Part shown: in pieces, positions 62,301 through 64,000 of the stretch
Layout of the letters: each line of letters starts with the position of its first letter
Numbering within the stretch: position 1 is the first letter of the stretch
Assembly: GCA_002633005.1 (NCBI GenBank)
Contig: NMRA01000367.1
Span: 336,762 to 400,761 of the forward strand
Origin: Phoronis australis
Lineage: Eukaryota > Animalia > Phoronida
DNA: 64,000 bases
Direction of reading: 5' to 3'
The notes under the pieces: generated by a model
The model's database searches: none
Told to the model about the DNA's origin: nothing
The model's input: only the letters and a program-made list of their open reading frames with translations
Translations under genes and position numbers: made by a program

Positions 62301-63716
62301 GTTTCAATTTACTGACTGGCCAGAGCAGGGTGTGCCTAAGAGTGGTGAGGGATTCATTGACTTCATTGGCCAAGTGCACAAAACAAAAGAACAGTTTGGT
62401 CAGGAGGGGCCTATCACAGTGCACTGCAGGTGAGTGACAGGGGCCTGGATTATGGTACTTCTTGGTTCACTTGTGTGTGCCAGTTGTCATGCATTAGTAC
62501 TAAATATATTAGTGAAGCAGTATAAAATTTCTGTTTAAAATACCCACCAACATAAAGCCCGCGTGAAGGCTCTTTCGAAAACAACCACTTAAAAAAGCCC
62601 CCATGAGGACTCATTCAAGACAGTTTTGAATTTCTGACACAGGAAAAAAGTTTTGAAAATGTGGCAAGATGCTATTATTTTTCCAAATTTGGTGCTTTGA
62701 GGGACCATTAAAATGTCAGGATTATCGATGACGTCTTCACATTTTTGCATAAAATAGGGATAAACTGAAACTGTATTCTCAAATTGGAACTAAGTGAATG
62801 TGGCTTAAATTTTCTTGTGAAGTCACTTGTTCATTTTACAGGACTAACTCAGTCCGCTGCTAAATGAGGGTATTGTGGTTTGCAATTAAGAGAACAAGGG
62901 GTGGGGGCTTTTTCTGACGCAAATTCACTTCAGGAAATGGGAGCTCCTGAAATCACAGTAGTGTATATTTGATTGTTATTGATATACATGTGGGAAACAG
63001 GTGGGAGTTGAAAGAAATTGGTTGATTCTGCACTCCTAATAGTGTTACTAGGATTAGAAGAAAGTTGGTGAGAATGTATGGAGTCATTCGTCATGTGGAG
63101 GACTTGGAAGATGTTAATTGTCTGATTGTAATTTCAAGTGGAGGACTTGGAAGATGTTAATTGTCTGGTTGTAATTTCAGCGCTGGTGTGGGTAGGACTG
63201 GTGTGTTCATCACTCTGAGTATTGTGCTGGAGAGAATGAGGTATGAAGGGGTCGTTGACATGTTCCAGACTGTACGTATGTTGAGAACACAAAGGCCTGC
63301 CATGGTACAGACTGAGGTGAGTAGGGACTGGCATTGGGGTTGGGTTTACTGTAAGGGAGGGGGAGTATAGATTGTGGTAGCTACATAGTATGTGTATGCG
63401 GGGAGCTGGTGGGGCATTTGTGGGTAGTGACAGGGCATTATGCAGGCCATTGCTTGTAGTGATGGGTATTATTGATAGACCAGTATTGTGAGCTATTCAT
63501 TGTTCCGACTACTGTAGTGATGGGTATTAATGATAGACCAGTATTGTGAGCTATTCATTGTTCTGGATACTGTTAACATGTCTGTACTGTGGCATGTGCA
63601 AGTCTTGACTTATGTACATACATTGCACTAGTCTCATGCTATTGCAGGATCAATATCAGTTCTGTTACCGTGCTGCTCTGGAGTATCTCGGCTCATTTGA
63701 CCATTATGCAAACTAG
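2107..63716 (+). CDS. Lar: LAR-family receptor protein tyrosine phosphatase (type IIa RPTP), 5'-partial, 32 constitutive exons in window
   Basis: The spliced frame is open from Ig2 ([20 protein letters not shown]...) to the C-terminus [22 protein letters not shown]. All junctions are GT-AG with compatible phases. LAR hallmark motifs present: [39 protein letters not shown], two [10 protein letters not shown] motifs. Confidence 0.98.
2770..3268. repeat. 39-bp minisatellite, about 12 copies, more diverged at the 5' end
   Basis: gatattgaggttctccagagaggatatgctgtgttatct. Confidence 0.9.
3400..3600 (-). mobile_element. Possible RTE-clade LINE C-terminal relic
   Basis: Minus-strand [11 protein letters not shown] resembles the KQLLYGELKQG motif of RTE elements. 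Confidence 0.3.
5079..5741. repeat. Near-perfect 29-bp minisatellite, about 23 copies
   Basis: ccactgaacattgattcaacttgtgttat, head-to-tail with no spacers. Confidence 0.97.
7999..8112 (+). CDS. Lar: Lar exon, Ig2 C-terminal part
   Basis: ttacag|TGCATCGA...ATCCGAG|gtaagt; [37 protein letters not shown]. Confidence 0.95.
8494..8502 (+). CDS. Lar: Candidate 9-nt microexon (meB-like, adds E-L-R)
   Basis: ctatag|AACTGAGAA|gtaatt after about 115 nt free of AG and rich in pyrimidines/TGC; phase 1, frame-preserving; encodes ELR, like vertebrate meB ELRE. Confidence 0.55.
11767..11793 (+). CDS. Lar: Candidate 27-nt microexon (DELQFLASE)
   Basis: acaaag|ATGAACTACAGTTCCTAGCATCAGAAG|gtaggc; about 85 nt AG-free upstream with TGCATG at 11706; phase 1, no stop. 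Confidence 0.5.
11966..11968 (+). CDS. Lar: Candidate 3-nt microexon (CAG) or recursive splice site
   Basis: cactag|CAG|gtaaga after about 145 nt without AG; strong donor. Confidence 0.45.
14680..16138. repeat. 44-bp minisatellite plus a ~480-bp flank, duplicated across a single N (15320)
   Basis: ttacactgtgttcattattgtattcaatctggtattatttgtgt arrays; flank 14840-15319 matches 15660-16138 with SNPs. Confidence 0.9.
18040..18312 (+). CDS. Lar: Lar exon, Ig3
   Basis: gtgcag|TCCGTCGA...GTCAAAG|gtcagt; [39 protein letters not shown]...[11 protein letters not shown]. Confidence 0.96.
19960..20138. repeat. 38-bp minisatellite running into the assembly gap
   Basis: tcatgactaattactgcaatacaataactcacaacact. 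Confidence 0.9.
20139..20765. other. Assembly gap (N run)
   Basis: 627 Ns; a second short gap is at 40696-40722. Confidence 1.
20766..21342. mobile_element. Right end of a hAT-like element (left end probably in the gap)
   Basis: Clustered GGGCGTCC motifs at 21244-21320 ending in ...CATGAAGGCCTG. Confidence 0.4.
21350..21660. repeat. Diverged ~38-bp minisatellite
   Basis: cacacatactatagtcacagtgtgactgtctcactata. Confidence 0.8.
22293..22580 (+). CDS. Lar: Lar exon, FN1
   Basis: ccgtag|CCTTCCCA...GAGAGGG|gttagt; FPPAPVDL...SIKLSW...[21 protein letters not shown]. Confidence 0.95.
23639..25102. mobile_element. Non-autonomous Tc1/mariner-superfamily (Tc2/pogo-like) DNA transposon with degenerate HIRAN-like ORF
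   Basis: TA|CCGTATTCATCCTAATAAATGCCCA ... TGGGTGCTTATTAGGGCGAATACGG|TA: imperfect TIR of about 25 bp, TA target duplication, CCGTA termini as in C. elegans Tc2; subterminal GGGCGCTT motifs; CpG-rich interior. Confidence 0.85.
24661..24970 (+). pseudogene. Frameshifted HIRAN-like domain ORF inside the transposon
   Basis: [19 protein letters not shown] / frameshift / [32 protein letters not shown]...GSLKCIVT...GPQIP...IDKLKTLL*; N-x-x-D-x-x-A...VGY(I/V)P pattern recognised by eye. Confidence 0.65.
25585..27918. mobile_element. Second Tc2/pogo-like non-autonomous DNA transposon (about 2.3 kb)
   Basis: TA|CCGTAAACGTTCAGGTTAATGCCC ... GGGCGTTAACCCGAACGTTTAAAG|TA inverted termini; arrays of GGGCGCTTA/GGGCGGTTA at both ends. 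Confidence 0.8.
28637..28737 (+). CDS. Lar: Lar exon, FN2 first half
   Basis: ctatag|CCCCAGGC...ATTAAG|gtgaga; [10 protein letters not shown]...[14 protein letters not shown]. Confidence 0.94.
29157..29240 (+). mobile_element. tRNA-derived SINE head (degenerate)
   Basis: A-box TGGTCTAGTGG and B-box-like GGTTTGAGTTCC at tRNA-like spacing; no intact cloverleaf. Confidence 0.55.
30321..30516 (+). CDS. Lar: Lar exon, FN2 second half
   Basis: ctgtag|GGCTACCG...CCCGGAG|gtagat; [17 protein letters not shown]...[19 protein letters not shown]. Confidence 0.94.
31929..32095. repeat. ~45-bp minisatellite x4
   Basis: ccggtattctgcagtgatgctgtgttagtgaacaatgccgttagt. Confidence 0.85.
32150..33130 (+). mobile_element. 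3' fragment of a CR1/L2-type non-LTR retrotransposon
   Basis: [26 protein letters not shown] (RT thumb KYLG motif); 3' tail CTCTTGGAAAGCAG...GAAGAGGCCATCCT. Confidence 0.7.
33531..33560 (+). CDS. Lar: Candidate 30-nt microexon in FN2-FN3 linker ([10 protein letters not shown])
   Basis: cttgtcctttgttttgctag|AAAATGAGACAATCGCTCGTTTTGCAAACA|gtaagt; phase 1, frame-preserving, no stop; TGC next to the 3' splice site; TGCATG at 33671. Confidence 0.7.
34848..34862 (+). CDS. Lar: Candidate 15-nt microexon in FN2-FN3 linker ((D/N)MKGR)
   Basis: tttttctctcatcaattccgtgcag|ACATGAAGGGTCGAA|gtaagt; phase 1, frame-preserving. Confidence 0.7.
36667..36750 (+). CDS. Lar: Lar exon, FN3 first part
   Basis: ttccag|TGCCTGGT...TCAATTA|gtgagt; [28 protein letters not shown]. 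Confidence 0.92.
37004..37201 (+). CDS. Lar: Lar exon, FN3 second part
   Basis: tttcag|GTACTGTG...ACATTCA|gtaagt; TVVRYYEL...[21 protein letters not shown]. Confidence 0.93.
38157..38453 (+). CDS. Lar: Lar exon, FN4
   Basis: ctctag|GGCCCACA...GAAGACG|gtaggt; PTAPPRNV...[21 protein letters not shown]...RTAED. Confidence 0.95.
38622..38624 (+). CDS. Lar: Candidate 3-nt microexon (GAG, adds Gly) in FN4-FN5 linker
   Basis: ctctctcttctcatctc...tgttctcacag|GAG|gtaact; phase 1. Confidence 0.4.
38889..40376. mobile_element. Degenerate DNA transposon with THAP-domain remnant (Harbinger/ISL2EU-like)
   Basis: 24-bp inverted repeat at 38903-38926 / 40324-40347; minus strand HCVPRC / [17 protein letters not shown] / LKHGALLS; element interrupts a diverged tandem repeat; ends approximate. 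Confidence 0.6.
41490..41602 (+). CDS. Lar: Lar exon, FN5 first part
   Basis: ttccag|TTCCTGGA...TACCAG|gtaatt; [25 protein letters not shown]...NGVIRGYQ. Confidence 0.94.
42070..42268 (+). CDS. Lar: Lar exon, FN5 second part
   Basis: gtttag|GTACACTT...GGTGCAG|gtaagt; VHFVPVD...[23 protein letters not shown]. Confidence 0.94.
43400..43610. repeat. 15-bp tandem repeat
   Basis: aatagtgaacagaac, about 14 copies. Confidence 0.95.
43795..43992 (+). CDS. Lar: Lar exon, FN6 first part
   Basis: ttgcag|TTCCTACT...GATCTCG|gtgagt; VPTPPQGM...VTWRPP...YRVKYGRK. Confidence 0.93.
44140..44462. repeat. 33-bp minisatellite
   Basis: cttcagtacttagcagtaacattggcaagcata, about 9 copies. Confidence 0.92.
44520..44612 (+). 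CDS. Lar: Lar exon, FN6 second part
   Basis: ttgtag|GCAAAGGT...GATGGAG|gtaggg; [31 protein letters not shown]. Confidence 0.93.
45595..45830. repeat. 59-bp minisatellite x4
   Basis: atggttcagtgttctagtggcttagctttctgttagcgatcacaagcccattccatata. Confidence 0.9.
46338..46631 (+). CDS. Lar: Lar exon, FN7
   Basis: gtttag|TTCCTCAA...ACAATAG|gtagtt; [20 protein letters not shown]...[13 protein letters not shown]. Confidence 0.94.
46990..47286 (+). CDS. Lar: Lar exon, FN8
   Basis: cttcag|GTATTCCT...CCTGGAT|gtaaat; [10 protein letters not shown]...SVTWQSP...GYWLFY...[13 protein letters not shown]. Confidence 0.9.
47569..47678 (+). CDS. Lar: Lar exon, FN9 first part
   Basis: ttttag|ATCTGCCA...TACAAG|gtatat; LPTMVRSF...[16 protein letters not shown]. 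Confidence 0.88.
47762..47915. repeat. 31-bp minisatellite x5
   Basis: aattgaagcctcgctggctgtagttactacc. Confidence 0.93.
48013..48846. mobile_element. PIF/Harbinger-like (Tourist-type) MITE
   Basis: TTA|GGGCTGTTCCAGTAAAATCCGTGTGGGAGGGGGG ... CCCCCCCTCCCATACAGATTTTGCTGGAACA inverted termini of about 30 bp. Confidence 0.75.
48968..49184 (+). CDS. Lar: Lar exon, FN9 second part
   Basis: taacag|GTTGAGTG...GTTGCAG|gtatgt; [14 protein letters not shown]...[13 protein letters not shown]. Confidence 0.92.
49525..49694 (+). CDS. Lar: Lar exon, membrane-proximal FN-like module
   Basis: ttgcag|CCCCTGAG...TCTGAT|gtgagt; [22 protein letters not shown]. Confidence 0.92.
49978..50151 (+). CDS. Lar: Lar exon, membrane-proximal FN-like module
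   Basis: tttcag|TTCTCCAA...AACAAT|gtaagt; KPYIAGQF...[17 protein letters not shown]...YKVFVRA. Confidence 0.94.
50738..50821 (+). CDS. Lar: Candidate alternative exon paralogous to the 5' part of the TM exon; gives a TM-less isoform
   Basis: ttctaat...ctgtttcttcgttttag|GCC CTC TAT ACA TCT AGT GAT TAC AGC GAG = [14 protein letters not shown], vs [14 protein letters not shown] at 53709; phase 0 matches the upstream donor; stop TGA at 50819-50821, or internal donor gtacgt at 50780. Confidence 0.7.
   Translation, partial: ALYTSSDYSELLYFVRYSPFITHLSPF
51939..52400 (-). mobile_element. Truncated, inverted second copy of the HIRAN-carrying Tc2-like element
   Basis: Starts TA|CCGTATTCGCTCTAATAAGCACCCA, the reverse complement of the right end of 23639-25102; minus strand reads [28 protein letters not shown]; distal boundary approximate. 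Confidence 0.85.
53709..53875 (+). CDS. Lar: Lar exon, stalk and transmembrane helix
   Basis: ctacag|GCTCTACA...TTCTG|gtaagt; ...[27 protein letters not shown]. Confidence 0.94.
53949..54046. repeat. 23-bp tandem repeat x4
   Basis: agtcacgtgtttatgaagctgta. Confidence 0.92.
54811..54929 (+). CDS. Lar: Lar exon, juxtamembrane
   Basis: ttgcag|CCGTCGCA...ACACCTG|gtgagt; RRRKNRK...[16 protein letters not shown]; an in-frame upstream acceptor at 54780 is possible. Confidence 0.9.
55433..55715. repeat. 22-bp minisatellite
   Basis: ttaaatatgggtacacatgacg, about 12 copies. Confidence 0.9.
55890..56118. mobile_element. 229-bp MITE (hAT-like CA...TG termini) with 5-bp flanking direct repeat AACTC
   Basis: AACTC|CATGCGCGCACCCAG ... 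CTGTGTGCGGGCGTG|AACTC. Confidence 0.7.
57679..58076 (+). CDS. Lar: Lar exon, wedge and PTP D1 N-terminal part
   Basis: MMSHPPIP...[16 protein letters not shown]...[15 protein letters not shown]...YIATQGPL...DFWRMVWEQ; ends TCAAGG|gtgagt. Confidence 0.98.
58150..58735 (+). mobile_element. 3' end of a CR1/L2-type LINE with internal (TA/TG)n microsatellite
   Basis: TTATGGAACACTCTCCCT = LWNTLP; tail GAGGGCCCCCATGGAAAGCA...GAGGATACCCT resembles the tail at 33030-33110. Confidence 0.45.
58935..59054 (+). CDS. Lar: Lar exon, PTP D1
   Basis: [16 protein letters not shown]...IRTFTIQR; gcag|...|gtgagg. Confidence 0.97.
59558..59712 (+). CDS. Lar: Lar exon, PTP D1 (WPD loop to VHC)
   Basis: [18 protein letters not shown]...GPMIVHC; ccag|...TGCAG|gtatta. 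Confidence 0.97.
59851..60136 (+). CDS. Lar: Lar exon, PTP D1 (SAGVGRTG, Q-loop) and D1-D2 linker
   Basis: [14 protein letters not shown]...[22 protein letters not shown]...GMELEFK. Confidence 0.98.
60746..60839 (+). CDS. Lar: Lar exon, PTP D2
   Basis: [31 protein letters not shown]; tgcag|...|gtaagt. Confidence 0.96.
61029..61105 (+). CDS. Lar: Lar exon, PTP D2
   Basis: [25 protein letters not shown]; ttcag|...|gtaagt. Confidence 0.96.
61446..61580 (+). CDS. Lar: Lar exon, PTP D2
   Basis: [15 protein letters not shown]...[18 protein letters not shown]...MGR. Confidence 0.97.
61809..61934 (+). CDS. Lar: Lar exon, PTP D2
   Basis: [42 protein letters not shown]; |gtacgt. Confidence 0.97.
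62275..62429 (+). CDS. Lar: Lar exon, PTP D2 (WPE)
   Basis: [51 protein letters not shown]. Confidence 0.97.
63181..63316 (+). CDS. Lar: Lar exon, PTP D2
   Basis: [46 protein letters not shown]. Confidence 0.97.
63648..63716 (+). CDS. Lar: Lar last coding exon
   Basis: ttgcag|GATCAATAT...AACTAG; [22 protein letters not shown]. Confidence 0.97.
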   Translation, partial: DQYQFCYRAALEYLGSFDHYAN

Positions 63717-63925
63717 AAACAACCAGACATGTCAATGATATGAAGATTCTGGCAGACATGCATTTATGGATTGGATATAAACATGCTGATACACTGGTAA
63801 CTCGTGCAATATTTGGAGGGACATTCATCAAAATCGTCAGTCATCCGTGTATCAGAAATGTTGATGCAAGCTAACCAAAGACTGGATGTGTACTTATGTG
63901 ACTGGGTGATTGCTGAGACTTTGTG

Positions 63926-63931
63926 AATAAA
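63926..63931 (+). terminator. Possible proximal polyadenylation signal AATAAA
   Basis: AATAAA about 210 nt after the stop; the 3' UTR may extend beyond the window. Confidence 0.35.
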
Positions 63932-64000
63932 CCAGAGAGCATGTGAAGCCCTTGTCTCTTGATTTGATAATTGCAAAGAGAAACAACCAATCAGAATTGG

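Noticed and set aside
1-64000. Prokaryotic or viral defence system, nested gene or horizontal transfer
   Set aside because: All long-ORF signal is explained by Lar exons, transposon relics and repeats; no operon-like or intact nested ORF on either strand.

Overview
Eukaryotic (invertebrate animal) genomic scaffold, AT-rich, with assembly gaps. Almost the whole window is one + strand intron-rich gene encoding a LAR-family (type IIa; Lar/PTPRF-PTPRD-PTPRS) receptor protein tyrosine phosphatase. I traced 32 phase-consistent GT-AG exons (about 5.65 kb CDS, about 1880 codons) from Ig2 through Ig3, nine FNIII repeats plus a membrane-proximal FN-like module, the TM helix, catalytic D1 and pseudo-catalytic D2, to the stop at 63716. 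The signal peptide and Ig1 lie upstream of the window. The main items not shown by the ORF track are: (i) candidate frame-preserving microexons (9, 27 and 3 nt in the Ig2-Ig3 'meB' intron; 30 and 15 nt in the FN2-FN3 linker; 3 nt in the FN4-FN5 linker); (ii) a paralogous duplicate of the 5' part of the TM exon that ends in a stop and would give a TM-less LAR ectodomain; (iii) Tc2/pogo-like DNA transposons carrying a degenerate HIRAN-like gene, and a THAP-bearing two-gene element; (iv) repeated tandem duplications sitting on splice sites. The introns also hold MITEs, LINE/SINE relics, minisatellites and uncollapsed-haplotype assembly duplications. All splice calls were made by eye, with no transcript evidence.
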